From positions 800,001 through 864,000 of the forward strand of contig CAWFQK010000002.1 of assembly GCA_963817955.1 (NCBI GenBank): a DNA stretch of 64,000 bases, read 5' to 3'. Of this stretch, positions 31,184 to 42,624 are shown one piece after another. The notes under the pieces are model-generated. The model did not search any database. It was not told where the DNA came from and saw nothing but the letters and a program-made list of their open reading frames with translations. The first letter of the stretch is position 1, and each line of letters opens with the position of its first letter. A program made the translations under genes and the position numbers. This stretch comes from an uncultured Gemmatimonadaceae bacterium. GTDB taxonomy: Bacteria; Gemmatimonadota; Gemmatimonadetes; Gemmatimonadales; Gemmatimonadaceae.

Positions 31184-34072
31184 TCACCGCCCCGGAGGCC
31201 GCCTCGGAACCGGGCTCATGGAAGAACCAGCCTGCACAGCGCCGGACCCGGCCGCGCCAGCCTTGAGAATTCTCTGACGTGCCTGGTATGCTTCGCCATC
31301 GATGATCCATGACGCGGCCGGTTCCCCCTTGAGGTAATAGCCGAACCACTCGAGCTGCCGGTGCAGGTAGTCCGCCTGACTCTCCGGACGCGCCACATTG
31401 TGGTTCTCGCCCTCGTATACGAGATACACCACGTTCTTCCCAAGGCGCCGCCCAAAATTGTAGAGCTCCTCGCTCTGGAAATGATTCACGTTGCCGTCGG
31501 CGTCACCTTCCTCGAGGAGCAGCGGCGTCTGGAGCGAATCCACCGCGAAGACAGTGGAATTTCGAATGTACGCCTGCGGATCCTCCCAGAGTGGAACCTG
31601 CATCCGCTCCTGGCTCGTTTCGTAGTGCCCCGTTTCCGGGAGGCCGCTGTTGCCGGAGGTGTACCCGTACATGCTGATCAAATCCGTGAGCGGAGCCCCG
31701 GCGATCGTCGCGGCAAACATGCCGTGTCCGTGCACGGCATAGAACGCTGACTGGTAGCCGCCCCACGAGTGCCCCATGTTGCCGACCCGTTTCGGATCGA
31801 TATCGCGCACCTTGTCCAGCACGGTTCGCACCGCCGACGTGACGCAGTCGAGTCCGGAATACCCCGGATTGCGGGGTTGAAACACGATATCCGGACGCAG
31901 AACGAAATAGCCATTCTGGCTGAACACGTTCGTGTTGTACGGATTGCGTTCGTTCGGCGTCACGTACTGATGGAATCCCTGCGACAGTTTCTCGTAGTAG
32001 TACACCACCATCGGGTATTTCTTTCCCGGCTCGTAGTTCGCCGGATAGGTCAGCATCATCTGCAACTTGTCGCCCCGGCCATTGGCGTAATCCATCAACA
32101 CCTGCTTGCCCCATGCGAAGTCGCCCTGGAACGCGTTGGTGTTCGATACGCGGCGGGCGTCGGCCAACGTGGCGACGGCAACGAAGTAATTCGGCGATTC
32201 CTCGAAGGCCTGTTCCTCGAGCAGGTAGACGTCGGCGTGCTTTGCCTTTCGCAGTCCGCTCACTTGCTTGTCCTGCCACACGAGGCGTTCGGCGGGCCTG
32301 CCCACGGTAACGCGCGCGTAACCGCTCTTCTTATCGTACTCTCCGCTTGCCGACAGCATGAGCGGTTTGGACGTATCGATGGTATGCCCGTCGCCATCGA
32401 GCGAGCAGGGCGCCGAGCGTGACGCGGTCGCGCCGCCGCGCCCGCCACCCCCTCCGCCGAATCCGGGTCCGTCCGTGACGCAGCGATAGACCGTCGCGTC
32501 TTCGCGGCCACGCGTGAGGCGCACGGGATTCGATCCGTCGAGACCCACTTGCCAGAGGTCAAAGCGATCGTACACGATGACTGATTTTTCGCCGTTCGTG
32601 AAACCAGCCAGGCCATAAGCGCGCCGCTCCGGCACCGGGTGGTCGTCTTCCATGTTGACGAACACGCTCTGCATCCGACCGGTGAGATTGGTGCGCGCAC
32701 CGCTCGCGAGATCGAACAGCCACCACTGACCGTCCTGCTGATATGCCGCATAGCGCCCGCTCGGACTGAGCGTGGCGCCATAGAGCGACCTGGACACGAT
32801 CTTGTCGCGTTTGCCCGTCGCAATGTCTATGCGATACACGTCCCGATACGCACGGCCGGACAGGGCCTCGCGCACATATGGCGATTCATCGAGGGCGATC
32901 GCCGACGCACCGTTATCGGAAAGCTGAGTCGTCTCGAATGGATCCTCGGACAGCCGCGCAACGGTGGCGGCACCAACATGCCACGCGACCGGCGTCGTCC
33001 GCTGCCGATCGGCGACGCCCTGCACCTCCTGTTGATGGAACTGACGTGCGTCCTTCCAGTGCCACACTTGCACTCGTGCCGGCGGTAGGGCGCCAGGCGT
33101 TGCGCGCTCCGTCGCCGGCTTCATCTCTCGCGGCGCAGTGCCAAAGAACAGTGTGCTGCCATCCTCCGACCATTGCGGCGCGCGGTAGCCTGCGACGCGA
33201 AAACCTTTCGGGAATGCGCCATCGACGGAGAAGTCGTACGTCTCGCTGACGCTACGCGTCGGCGCGTTCCGCCACACGATCGCGACGTAGCTCGTGTCTG
33301 AGAACGCGCTGTCGGAACGGCTGCGCAGCACGGCGAGATCTCCGCTATGCGCTCGCCACTGCAGACCGGTGTACTGCAAGCTGCTCGCGTCGAGCGAACG
33401 GAGCGCTCCCGTCTGTGCATCCAGCAACTGCACGCCATTTCCCGTGCGACCATCCACGTCGACGATCATGGCGAGCTGCGGTCCAACGTCGCTCCATGCT
33501 GATTCGGCGATGTTCCCGAACGACAATTCCGAGCCAGCGTCGAGATCGCGCACGATCACGTCTGCGCCGCGTCGCGCCGGCGCGGGGTAGCGACGCAACG
33601 CCACACGGCCACCGTCTGTGCTCAACTGGTACGACTGCACATCGTCGAACGTGGTCGCCACGCCCGACCGAAGATCGACGGCCACGACCTTGTTGCGGGC
33701 CGGTGGAGTGGCCGCCGGAACGGCACTGCCTCGGCCGCCGCGGCCGGCACGACCGACGGTGTCTGGCGTGATCGTATAGAGCAACCAGTGACCGTCGCTC
33801 GAAAATTGTGGCGCCCCGCCCGATCGCACGGACTGCTCCGCGCCGCCGGCAACGGTGCGATATCGCAACTCGGTGGTGCCGTTCGCCCGGCGAAAATCGT
33901 ATGCCACCCATTTGCCGTCCGGCGACAGCGCGCCGCTGCCCAACGTTTCCCACCTGGCATAATCGGCGCTGGACAGTGTGGCTTTGGCCGGGGAGCCGGC
34001 CGCCGCCTGCTGGGCACGAACTGGAGCGGCAACAAGTGCGATCGCGACTACGAAACGGATAACGCGCTGCAT
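31184..34072 (-). CDS. Secreted S9 prolyl oligopeptidase / acylaminoacyl peptidase family protein
   Basis: Signal peptide, beta-propeller repeats (SPDGKW), GHSWGG nucleophile, GDADGNV, YEGENH. Confidence 0.93.
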   Translation of the reverse strand: MQRVIRFVVAIALVAAPVRAQQAAAGSPAKATLSSADYARWETLGSGALSPDGKWVAYDFRRANGTTELRYRTVAGGAEQSVRSGGAPQFSSDGHWLLYTITPDTVGRAGRGGRGSAVPAATPPARNKVVAVDLRSGVATTFDDVQSYQLSTDGGRVALRRYPAPARRGADVIVRDLDAGSELSFGNIAESAWSDVGPQLAMIVDVDGRTGNGVQLLDAQTGALRSLDASSLQYTGLQWRAHSGDLAVLRSRSDSAFSDTSYVAIVWRNAPTRSVSETYDFSVDGAFPKGFRVAGYRAPQWSEDGSTLFFGTAPREMKPATERATPGALPPARVQVWHWKDARQFHQQEVQGVADRQRTTPVAWHVGAATVARLSEDPFETTQLSDNGASAIALDESPYVREALSGRAYRDVYRIDIATGKRDKIVSRSLYGATLSPSGRYAAYQQDGQWWLFDLASGARTNLTGRMQSVFVNMEDDHPVPERRAYGLAGFTNGEKSVIVYDRFDLWQVGLDGSNPVRLTRGREDATVYRCVTDGPGFGGGGGGRGGATASRSAPCSLDGDGHTIDTSKPLMLSASGEYDKKSGYARVTVGRPAERLVWQDKQVSGLRKAKHADVYLLEEQAFEESPNYFVAVATLADARRVSNTNAFQGDFAWGKQVLMDYANGRGDKLQMMLTYPANYEPGKKYPMVVYYYEKLSQGFHQYVTPNERNPYNTNVFSQNGYFVLRPDIVFQPRNPGYSGLDCVTSAVRTVLDKVRDIDPKRVGNMGHSWGGYQSAFYAVHGHGMFAATIAGAPLTDLISMYGYTSGNSGLPETGHYETSQERMQVPLWEDPQAYIRNSTVFAVDSLQTPLLLEEGDADGNVNHFQSEELYNFGRRLGKNVVYLVYEGENHNVARPESQADYLHRQLEWFGYYLKGEPAASWIIDGEAYQARQRILKAGAAGSGAVQAGSSMSPVPRRPPGR

Positions 34073-34217
34073 GGAACGCCTCGATGTGGTGGCGGAGAGT
34101 CGGCCAGATGATATGCCAGGGCTGGGCACTTCACAATCCCATGACGCTTACTGGCGAATTGCGCTCCGCGCTCCCATCTTCGCACTGCTCCGCACGACCA
34201 CCACCCCGGAGACCTCG

Positions 34218-36911
34218 ATGCTCTCGAAATCAATCAGGCGCGGGCTCGCGCTCGGCGCGGCCGCAGTCGCGCTCTTCGCCGGAACACCCGACGTCGCAGT
34301 CGGCCAGAAGGTAGCGCCGGTACCCACACCGGAATCCGTATTCGGCTTCCCGGTCGGTGCCGACTACAAGCTGTTCACCTACGATCAGTCGATCGACTAC
34401 TTCCGGAAGCTCGCGGCGTCGAGCAACCGGGTGAAGCTGATCAGCGTCGGCAAGACGGCGTTCGGACACCCGTGGACCGCGGCCATCATTTCGTCGCCGG
34501 CCAATCTTGCGCGACTCGATCGCCTCCGCGAAATCAATCAGCGCCTCGCGCACCCGGACGGCCTCACCGATGCCGAGGCGAGGCGTCTCGCGGCGGAAGG
34601 GCGCGCATTCGTCGATATCAGCGGCGGTCTCCATGCGTCGGAAATTGCCGGCTCGCAACACACGCCGCAGGTGGCGTACGAGCTGCTGTCACACGCGAAT
34701 GATCCGGACATGAAGGCGGTTCTCGACAGCGTCGTGTTCTTTCTCTGGCCGTCGATCAACCCGGACGGACAGGACATTGTCGTCAACTGGTGCCGCGCTC
34801 GTGACGCCAATCAGAATCCGGCGCCGATGGAGCTGTACGAGAAGTATGTGGGACACGACAACAACCGCGACTCGTACATGCTCAACGTGGTCGAGTCGCG
34901 GCTCATCCAACGCACGTGGCGCGAGTGGGAACCGCAGATCATCTACGTGCAGCACCAGTCGTCGCCCTTCCCAACGCGTATCTGGCTGCCTCCCTTTGCC
35001 GATCCCGTGGGAGTCCGCGTGCCGCCGATCCAGGCGCGCGAGGTGAACGCGATCGCCACGCGCATCGCGGAAGAGTTGGACGCGCACGGCATGCCTGGCG
35101 CCGTGTCGCAGCTCGAGACCTATGACGCGTGGTATCCCGGGTACATCGACTACATGCCGATGTACCAGAACATCGCGGCCTGGTGGACGGAAACGCAGGG
35201 CGGCAATTGCGCCACACCACGCACGACGACAGTGGACAGTCTGCCGCCGGCCTACCGAGATCTTCGCCCGACATCACTCTACAGCAGCCCGTGGGCCGCT
35301 GGCACATGGCGCCTGCGCGACGCCGTGAACTATATGGTCGGCGCCGACCTCGCGACGCTCAACTACGCCGCGAAGTTCAAACACGAAGTGCTCTACAATC
35401 GCTACCAGTCGGCGCGCAACACGATCCAGCAATTCAGAACGAGCGGCCCCTACGCGTACATCATTCCGCAGGTCCAGGTCGATCCGGTCGCACCCACTGA
35501 ATTGCTCCGTCGCATGGCATTCATGGGCGTTCGGGTGAAGCAGCTCGATCGCGACGTCGCCTACAATGGTACGACCTACCGTGCCGGCACGTGGGTCATT
35601 CCAATGGACCAGGAGTTCGCGCAGCTCGTCCGCGAGCTTTTCGAACCGCAGAAGTATCCCGACCTCGGTGACGACACACCGTACGACGCCGCGGGATGGA
35701 CGCTGCCATACCAGATGAACGTCACGGTGGTCGAGGCAAAGACTCCGCTCAGCGACGACTTCCGTGCTGCGCTCAAGCCCATCGTCGGGAAAGCGGTCGA
35801 CTGGCGCACGCACGCCGACGAGCCGCTCACCACGAACGCAGAGGCCGCGGGCATTCTCCCGATCCCCGGCGAGATTACCGGCACGGGCGATCTCCTCGTC
35901 GTCGACCCGGCGCAGAACAATTCCTTCAAGCTGATCAACCAGGCGTTGGCGGCAGGCGCCACACTGCGCTACGCTCCCGCCGCGGGGACTCGCGGCGGCC
36001 GCTACATCCTGTCTGGCGTCGATCAATCGAAGCTCGATGGGTGGACGAAGGACCTGTTCGTGCACGCCGAACGAACGACATCGGCGGCTGCGCTGGCATC
36101 GGTGAGCGCACCCACCCGTATCGCGATTTACAAGTCCTCACCGGGAGTGATGGACGAAGGTTGGACCGAGTGGCTGTTCGACACCTACGGAGGTAAGTAC
36201 ACGCTCCTCACACCGGCCGACCTCCGCGCCGGCAATCTCGGCGCCCGATTCGACGTCATCGTGTTCGCGTCCCAGGGACTCGGCGCACGCGGCGGACGGG
36301 GTGGGGGCGGGGGTGGGGGACGCGGCGCAGGAGGCCGAGGAAACGCGGCGGCCGACAGCGCTGCCGCGAGCGAAGTGCGCGGGGTGGATGAGTTCGTGCG
36401 TGGCGGCGGAACCATCGTTGCCTGGAATCAGGGCACGACCCCGATCATCAACGCGTTGCACCTCCCGGTGCGCAACGTCGTCGCGGGCCTCAATCGCCGC
36501 GATTATTTCACCGGAGGATCGGTGATGCAGGTCATTACGGACCCGTCGCATCCGGTCATGGCGGGCATGCCCGCGCGGGCGGACGTGTTCGTGTTCAACA
36601 GCCCCGTGTTCACCACGCTCGACGGTTTCGACGGCGCGGTGTTGGCGAAGTACCCGACCGACGTGACCCCGCTTCGCTCGGGGTTCCTGAACGGAGCCAA
36701 GTATATGCAAGGATTCGCTGCGGCTGTGGATGTGAAGCATGACAAGGGACACGTCGTCCTCTTCGCCTTCCAGCCACAATGGCGCGGGCAGCCCACGGGC
36801 TCGTTCCGCACGGTATTCAATGCCGCCTTTTTCGCGCGAGACGTGGCTGACCAGGCCAAACCGAGTGCCGGATTCTGGACGCCACCAGCGGATCCATCGC
36901 ACAAGCCTTGA
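34218..36911 (+). CDS. Secreted M14 zinc carboxypeptidase family protein
   Basis: RBS GGAG, signal peptide, GLHASE, INPDG, HDNNRD, PYDAAGWTLP. Confidence 0.9.
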   Translation: MLSKSIRRGLALGAAAVALFAGTPDVAVGQKVAPVPTPESVFGFPVGADYKLFTYDQSIDYFRKLAASSNRVKLISVGKTAFGHPWTAAIISSPANLARLDRLREINQRLAHPDGLTDAEARRLAAEGRAFVDISGGLHASEIAGSQHTPQVAYELLSHANDPDMKAVLDSVVFFLWPSINPDGQDIVVNWCRARDANQNPAPMELYEKYVGHDNNRDSYMLNVVESRLIQRTWREWEPQIIYVQHQSSPFPTRIWLPPFADPVGVRVPPIQAREVNAIATRIAEELDAHGMPGAVSQLETYDAWYPGYIDYMPMYQNIAAWWTETQGGNCATPRTTTVDSLPPAYRDLRPTSLYSSPWAAGTWRLRDAVNYMVGADLATLNYAAKFKHEVLYNRYQSARNTIQQFRTSGPYAYIIPQVQVDPVAPTELLRRMAFMGVRVKQLDRDVAYNGTTYRAGTWVIPMDQEFAQLVRELFEPQKYPDLGDDTPYDAAGWTLPYQMNVTVVEAKTPLSDDFRAALKPIVGKAVDWRTHADEPLTTNAEAAGILPIPGEITGTGDLLVVDPAQNNSFKLINQALAAGATLRYAPAAGTRGGRYILSGVDQSKLDGWTKDLFVHAERTTSAAALASVSAPTRIAIYKSSPGVMDEGWTEWLFDTYGGKYTLLTPADLRAGNLGARFDVIVFASQGLGARGGRGGGGGGGRGAGGRGNAAADSAAASEVRGVDEFVRGGGTIVAWNQGTTPIINALHLPVRNVVAGLNRRDYFTGGSVMQVITDPSHPVMAGMPARADVFVFNSPVFTTLDGFDGAVLAKYPTDVTPLRSGFLNGAKYMQGFAAAVDVKHDKGHVVLFAFQPQWRGQPTGSFRTVFNAAFFARDVADQAKPSAGFWTPPADPSHKP

Positions 36912-37015
36912 GATGGACGGGTCAGCATGTCATCTTGTTAGCAATCCCTCTGCACACGCGCGGACAATGGCGCGCGGCAGAGGGATCGCCGCTCACGACA
37001 CAGTGAGGGTGTAAT

Positions 37016-37089
37016 GCGCGCGTAGCTCAGCTGGATAGAGCGTTAGCCTCCGGAGCTAAAGGTCGTGGGTTCGAATCCCGCCGCGCGCA
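37016..37089 (+). tRNA. tRNA-Arg(CCG)
   Basis: GCGCGCG...CGCGCGC-A, TTAGC-CTCCGGA-GCTAA. Confidence 0.97.
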
Positions 37090-37204
37090 TGGGAGTACGA
37101 CGGGTGAAAGTGGATAGAGTGACGAACACGAGCGGCCCGTGCTATGCGCGGGCCGCTCGTGTTTTGTCTGGCGGTTCGGCGTATTCTTTGCTCAGTTCGT
37201 TGCT

Positions 37205-38164
37205 GTGCCTCGGAATACTTATTGGAAAGAGCTTCCCATCGGCCTGATCGCTGGCAGCATGGTCCTGCTGTCGGCGCTGGCGATTCTGGTCTTCGGACGT
37301 GTGGGGATGTTGCACGGCAAGCAGTTCACGCTCTTTGTCACGACGAACGCGGCGCCCGGCGTCATTCGAGGTACGGAGGTATGGCTGGACGGGCAGAAGG
37401 TCGGGTTAGTGAAGGGGATCGAGTTTCGGCCGCCCACGACGAACCCGAAAGAGCGCCTGGTGCTCGTACTCGACCTGGTCGATCGTGCGCGTCAGCATAT
37501 CCGATTCGACAGCCGCGTTCAGGTACAGAGTGGCGGAAGCATCATTGGTGATCGGGTAGTCTATGTCAGCAGCGGCACCGCTCGAACGCGGGCCGTGGTC
37601 AACGGCGACACGATTCATGCGGGCGAGCAGACAGATGTCGCCCAGGCCTCGTCCGAGTTCGTGTCCGCGACCCATCAATTCTCGCAGATCATCGGGAACC
37701 TGAAGGTGCTCAATGCAGAGCTGACGAGCACCAAGGGAACCCTGGGTGCATTCGCGGCGGATCAGGGCGGAAGTGAGTTGCGGCGCGCGCAGTCACGGGC
37801 GTCACGGATCTTGGAGCAACTCGCCAATCGCCACGGAACGGTAGCACTCACCATGAGCGGCAACGACGAGTTTCAGCGCCGCGCAGCGCGGGATATGGCG
37901 CAAGTGGATTCCGTACTGGCATTGCTTGCCTCGAACAACCATTCGCTCGGCAGATTCCGGCGCGACTCGACGCTTCCGCGCGACATCGCTCAGCTCAGGA
38001 CGGAATTGGCGGACGTACAGCGCCTAGCGGCCTCCCCGACCGGTACGATTGAGCGGCTCCGAGCAGATTCGGCCATCACGCGCAACATCAACCGCAACCT
38101 CGCATCGCTCGACTCGTTGATGGCCGACATCAAGCGTCACCCACTGCGTTACATCGCGTTCTGA
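37205..38164 (+). CDS. MlaD/MCE family protein (start uncertain; GTG chosen)
   Basis: N-terminal TM helix, GVIRGTEVWLDGQKVGLV, SIIGDRVV, C-terminal DIKRHPLRY. Confidence 0.85.
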   Translation: MPRNTYWKELPIGLIAGSMVLLSALAILVFGRVGMLHGKQFTLFVTTNAAPGVIRGTEVWLDGQKVGLVKGIEFRPPTTNPKERLVLVLDLVDRARQHIRFDSRVQVQSGGSIIGDRVVYVSSGTARTRAVVNGDTIHAGEQTDVAQASSEFVSATHQFSQIIGNLKVLNAELTSTKGTLGAFAADQGGSELRRAQSRASRILEQLANRHGTVALTMSGNDEFQRRAARDMAQVDSVLALLASNNHSLGRFRRDSTLPRDIAQLRTELADVQRLAASPTGTIERLRADSAITRNINRNLASLDSLMADIKRHPLRYIAF

Positions 38165-38201
38165 CCGAGGGCCGGACGGCTTGTTTTGCCGCAGACGGCG
38201 C

Positions 38202-38692
38202 AACAGCTTTTAACGCAGAGGTCGCAGAGAACTGCAAGAGGACGCAGAGAACTGCAAGAGAACTGCAGAGAACTGCAAAAGAGAACTGCAGAGAACTGCA
38301 AAAGAGAACTGCAGAGAACTGCAAAAGAGAACTGCAGAGAACTGCAAAAGAGAACTGCAGAGGAAAACTGTAAGCGTACGGAAAAGGGAAGCGGGTCTAG
38401 GTGGAATGAACCGTGATTGCCGAGTCCACAATCATTCCGCCTATATCGTTAATGATCCCGACCTGGCGATACCCTCGGAGCGTCACGACGGCTTCAGCCA
38501 AGACAGCTGCCAGGCGAGACAATCCTTTACGGTCCTCAGCAGTTCTCTGCGTTCTCCTGCAGCTCTCCTGCAGTTCTCTGCGTCCTCTTGCAGTTCTCTG
38601 CGACCTCTGCGTTAAAAGCTGTTCTGTCGGTCACCGAGATCCTTCGCTTGCGCTCAGGATGACAGCCCGTCGCTCAGGATGACAGCCCGTCG
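38202..38692. mobile_element. Family A palindromic element, copy 3 (left outer REP missing; expanded microrepeat)
   Basis: 55-bp IR 38202-38256 / 38569-38623; 23-bp tandem GAGAACTGCAGAGAACTGCAAAA units; core ~38371-38537. Confidence 0.85.
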
Positions 38693-38812
38693 ATCAGATC
38701 ACGATCTTCGCAGCCGCGTCACCGATTGCTGCGATTCACTCGTAGTGCAACAGTCCCGTAATGAGTGGATGCCGAGGTCGACCAGACCCCGGCGTCCACT
38801 CACCCTGGTTGT

Positions 38813-40915
38813 TCAGAACCCCATAGCCATATCTTCGTCGTCTGCACCAAAGGCAGCCGGCACGGCCACTCGCGAGCGCGACGGCACCTTACGTGGCACC
38901 GCCGCGGCACGCGGACGGCCTGTCGGAGCAGCCGGAGCTGCCGGTCGAACAGCCGCGGCAGGGGACGCCGCCCGGCTGATGCGGAATTGCATTACCGTTT
39001 CGCGCATGCTCGCCGCCTGTGCTGAGAGCTCCTCTGCTGCCGACGCAGACTCTTCCGAGTTGGCTGCGACCTGCTGGGTGACGCCGTTCATCTGATCTAC
39101 GGCAATATTCACCTGCGAGATGCCCTCCGTTTGCTGCTCGCTCGCGGCGAATATCTCTCCCATCACCTCGGCCACCTTGGCAACGCTCCCCGAGATCGTC
39201 TCCAGATTGCCGACGACTTCGTTCGTGATGTGTACGCCGCCTTCTGCATTCGCGACGGCACCTTCAATCAGGGTAGCCGTGTTCTTCGCCGCCTCCGCCG
39301 AGCGCATGGCGAGGTTGCGGACCTCTTCGGCGACCACGGCAAAGCCCCTCCCGGCGTCGCCTGCGCGCGCCGCTTCGACAGCGGCGTTCAGCGCCAGCAG
39401 ATTCGTCTGGAACGCAATCTCGTCGATGGTCTTGACGATTCTCGCTGTCGCGTCCGACGACTCCTTGATGCGGCCCATCGCGTCGGTCAGGCGCTGCATG
39501 CTCGCAACGCCGGCCGCGGTGCCGGCATTTGCGCCCTCGGCAAGCCCACGCGCTTCCTTTGCGTTCGCCGCCGACTGCTTCGCCATCGACGACATCTCCT
39601 GCAGGCTCGACGAAACTTCCTCGAGCGAACTCGCCTGCTCACTCGAGCCCTGCGCGAGCGCCTGACTACCGTGCGAGATCTGGTAAGCTGCCGACGCCAC
39701 CTGCTCGCTCGCGAGCACAACGTCGCCCAGAGTCTCCTCGATGTTCTCCATGGCCGTGTTGACCGCGGTCTTGATCGTCGCGAAATCCCCGGCGTACGAA
39801 CCTGTCATTCGCGCGGTCAGGTCACGGTCAGCGACCCGCTGCAGCACGGCTGATGCTTCCACGATTGGCGCCGTGACGGCGTCGAGCATGGCGTTCATGC
39901 CGCCCACCAAGGTGCGGAACGTGCCCTCGAACTGTTCCGCCCGGCCGCGCTCCGAGAGGCGTCCAGCGCGGCCCGCCACGGTAAGCGAGTCGGATGCTAC
40001 CGCCAGCGCCTGCAGCGTGGTGCGTAGCGTTTCCATCGAGCGGCCAAGCTCATCCTGGTCACCCCGGGCCACGACCTTCTGCTCAACATCGCCAGCCGCG
40101 AGTCGGCGAGCGGCACCAGATATGATACGCTGAGACTCGACCACCTTTCTGAATGCGTCGGCCAGCGTGCCGATTTCGTCATTCGCCGTGTACGTCACAT
40201 CTTGGTGTACGTCGCCATCCGCGATGTGGTTTGCCGCGGTCACGAGGCCGCGCAGCGGAAGCACGATGGACCGAACCACCAATACGGCAAACACCAGCAC
40301 CACCAGGAGTACCAGGACCAAGAAGGTCATCGTCACTTTGGCGTGGCTGATCACGGTTGCGCCCTGCGCTGCGGCGAGAGAGTCCGTCTCTGCGTCGAAT
40401 CGGGTGACGATGCTGTCTATGAGACCTGTGGGGACGCGGTCCAATCCCGCTAACACCTGATCGGCGCGCTGGGCATTATGATCGCCCCCGAACAACTTGA
40501 TCTGCTCGTCGTACTTGGTACCGAGCTCGTCGTGCATTGCCGTGAAACGGTTCAACATTCGAATGGCGCTGGAGTCCTTCGTCGAGCTCTTGAGCTTGCC
40601 GCCAAGCTCACGGACGGTGTTCTCGTCTGCCTTGAACGCGTTCGAGTACTTCTCGAACATCGCTGGGTCTTGGCCGCGCAGTAGAAGGTCCTTCCACTCT
40701 TGCACCTGCTTCTTGAACGAGACCTGCATCTGGCCGGCAACGACCTCATTGTTAACGGGCCCGTTGAGGAGCGCTTCGAACGTGTTCGACACGGCGAGTG
40801 TGTCGCGCAGGAGGTAGCCGGCAACGGAAGCCGACATCGCCATCATGACGGCAATCAGGACCAATATTTTGGTGGAGAACTTGAGTTTTCGCATGAAAGG
40901 CGCGACTGCGCGCAT
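38813..40915 (-). CDS. Methyl-accepting chemotaxis protein (start 40915 or 40894)
   Basis: Two TM helices, HAMP domains, [40 protein letters not shown]. Confidence 0.95.
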   Translation of the reverse strand: MRAVAPFMRKLKFSTKILVLIAVMMAMSASVAGYLLRDTLAVSNTFEALLNGPVNNEVVAGQMQVSFKKQVQEWKDLLLRGQDPAMFEKYSNAFKADENTVRELGGKLKSSTKDSSAIRMLNRFTAMHDELGTKYDEQIKLFGGDHNAQRADQVLAGLDRVPTGLIDSIVTRFDAETDSLAAAQGATVISHAKVTMTFLVLVLLVVLVFAVLVVRSIVLPLRGLVTAANHIADGDVHQDVTYTANDEIGTLADAFRKVVESQRIISGAARRLAAGDVEQKVVARGDQDELGRSMETLRTTLQALAVASDSLTVAGRAGRLSERGRAEQFEGTFRTLVGGMNAMLDAVTAPIVEASAVLQRVADRDLTARMTGSYAGDFATIKTAVNTAMENIEETLGDVVLASEQVASAAYQISHGSQALAQGSSEQASSLEEVSSSLQEMSSMAKQSAANAKEARGLAEGANAGTAAGVASMQRLTDAMGRIKESSDATARIVKTIDEIAFQTNLLALNAAVEAARAGDAGRGFAVVAEEVRNLAMRSAEAAKNTATLIEGAVANAEGGVHITNEVVGNLETISGSVAKVAEVMGEIFAASEQQTEGISQVNIAVDQMNGVTQQVAANSEESASAAEELSAQAASMRETVMQFRISRAASPAAAVRPAAPAAPTGRPRAAAVPRKVPSRSRVAVPAAFGADDEDMAMGF

Positions 40916-41165
40916 CAAAGGTGTCGCCGCAACTGCATCACTAGGGGTTTGCGGTGGAGCATCAGCAGGGTAAGTCCTGCCCTGGTAGGGCAGGGTGAGC
41001 CATGCCTGGTATACAGCCTCGTCACAAGCTTCGACTGGTCCCTTGCGGACTTTAGGACCGATTTTGCTTGGGAGCACGATGGTCATTGTCGTCAGGGCAT
41101 GTGCATTGCACCGGCTACAGACGACGCGCTCACCCCGCCTGCTTGGCATGCCTCCGGTAGCGCCC

Positions 41166-41194
41166 TTGACCCTCCCTCGCGCCACTTATACCTT
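41166..41194 (+). promoter_or_regulatory. Probable sigma70 promoter of rho
   Basis: TTGACC-17 bp-TACCTT followed by a C-rich leader. Confidence 0.6.
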
Positions 41195-41359
41195 CGCATG
41201 CACTCAGGTCCTTCGCTCCGCCCGCCGACGACTCCGCGACGACTCCGCGCTGTCACCCCGCATCCTGAAAGCGCGCGGCAGCACCTCGAGCCTCCCCCCA
41301 CACATTCTTCTCCTTCCTCCGCTGGTCAGATGACGCCCTCAGGTGTCGTCACGACGTCC

Positions 41360-42610
41360 GTGAACATCGTCGAACTGAAGCGCAAATCCGTTCCGGAGCT
41401 CCAGGAGATGGCCGACGCCTCCTCCATCGAGGACTCCGCCGGACTGGGCAAGCAGGAACTCATCTTTCGCATCGAGCAGAAATTGCTCGAGCGGAGCATC
41501 GTGCTCACCGGTGAAGGTGTGCTCGAGATTCTGCCGGAAGGCTATGGATTTCTGCGGAGCCAGGATTGGAACTATCTCTACGGGCCGGACGACATCTACG
41601 TCTCGCCGTCGCAGATCAAGCGCTTCAATCTGCGCACGGGCGACACGGTGTCCGGACAGGTGCGCCCGCCCAAGGAGTGGGAACGGTATCTGGCGTTGCT
41701 CAAGGTCGAGTCGGTCAACGGCGACGAGCCCGATGCCGCCAAGACGCGCATCGACTTCGACAATCTGCGGCCGCGCTACCCGGAGGGACGCCTTCGTCTC
41801 GAGACGAAGGATGGCGACATCAGCATGCGGATCATGGATCTCATCGCGCCGATCGGCAAAGGCCAGCGCGGTCTGATCGTGGCGCCGCCGCGCGCGGGCA
41901 AGACGATCCTGCTGCAGAAGATCGCCAACGCCATCCGCGAGAACCATCCGGAAGTCACGCTGATCATTCTGCTGATCGACGAGCGGCCAGAGGAGGTCAC
42001 CGACACGATGGCCAACGTCGATGCGGAAGTGATCGCCTCGACGTTCGACGAGGAGGCGACACGCCACGTGCAGGTGGCGGACATGGTGATCGAAAAGGCC
42101 AAGCGGCTCGTCGAGAGCGGCAAGGACGTCGTGATCCTGCTCGACTCCATTACACGCCTGGCACGCGCGCACAATGCGGTAACGCCGCAGTCCGGCAAGA
42201 TCCTGTCGGGCGGCGTGGACGCCAAGGGGCTCGAGAAGCCTAAACGCTTTTTCGGCGCCGCGCGCAATATCCAGGACGGCGGGTCGTTGACGATCATCGC
42301 CACCGCGTTGATCGAGACCGGCTCGCGCATGGACGAAGTGATCTTCGAGGAGTTCAAGGGCACCGGCAACATGGAACTCGTGCTGTCGCGGAAGATCGCC
42401 GAGCGTCGCGTGTATCCCGCCATCGACATTGGCAAGTCGGGCACACGCAAGGAGGAACTGCTGTTCACGCAGGAAGAGCTCAATCGCGTCTATCTGTTGC
42501 GCAATTTCTTGTCGGAGATGCCCGAAGTCGAAGCGATGGAATTCCTCCTCAAGCAGATGTCACGCTCGAAGAACAACAGAGAGTTCTTCCAGCAAATGAC
42601 GCAGGGCTGA
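41360..42610 (+). CDS. rho: Transcription termination factor Rho (alternative start ATG 41330)
   Basis: [61 protein letters not shown]. Confidence 0.98.
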   Translation: MNIVELKRKSVPELQEMADASSIEDSAGLGKQELIFRIEQKLLERSIVLTGEGVLEILPEGYGFLRSQDWNYLYGPDDIYVSPSQIKRFNLRTGDTVSGQVRPPKEWERYLALLKVESVNGDEPDAAKTRIDFDNLRPRYPEGRLRLETKDGDISMRIMDLIAPIGKGQRGLIVAPPRAGKTILLQKIANAIRENHPEVTLIILLIDERPEEVTDTMANVDAEVIASTFDEEATRHVQVADMVIEKAKRLVESGKDVVILLDSITRLARAHNAVTPQSGKILSGGVDAKGLEKPKRFFGAARNIQDGGSLTIIATALIETGSRMDEVIFEEFKGTGNMELVLSRKIAERRVYPAIDIGKSGTRKEELLFTQEELNRVYLLRNFLSEMPEVEAMEFLLKQMSRSKNNREFFQQMTQG

Positions 42611-42624
42611 TCGGATCGCGCCCC

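Noticed and set aside
29592..37015. Integrated element between tRNA-Pro and tRNA-Arg(CCG)
   Set aside because: No integrase and no duplicated tRNA 3' end (att site) were found.
38220..38370. GAGAACTGCA and 23-bp tandem arrays (also the heptamer arrays) as CRISPR
   Set aside because: Units are contiguous with no unique spacers, and there are no cas genes in the window.
40916..41160. c-di-GMP riboswitch or long N-terminal extension upstream of the MCP
   Set aside because: Consensus elements were not found; the ORF extension overlaps the divergent rho promoter and looks non-coding.
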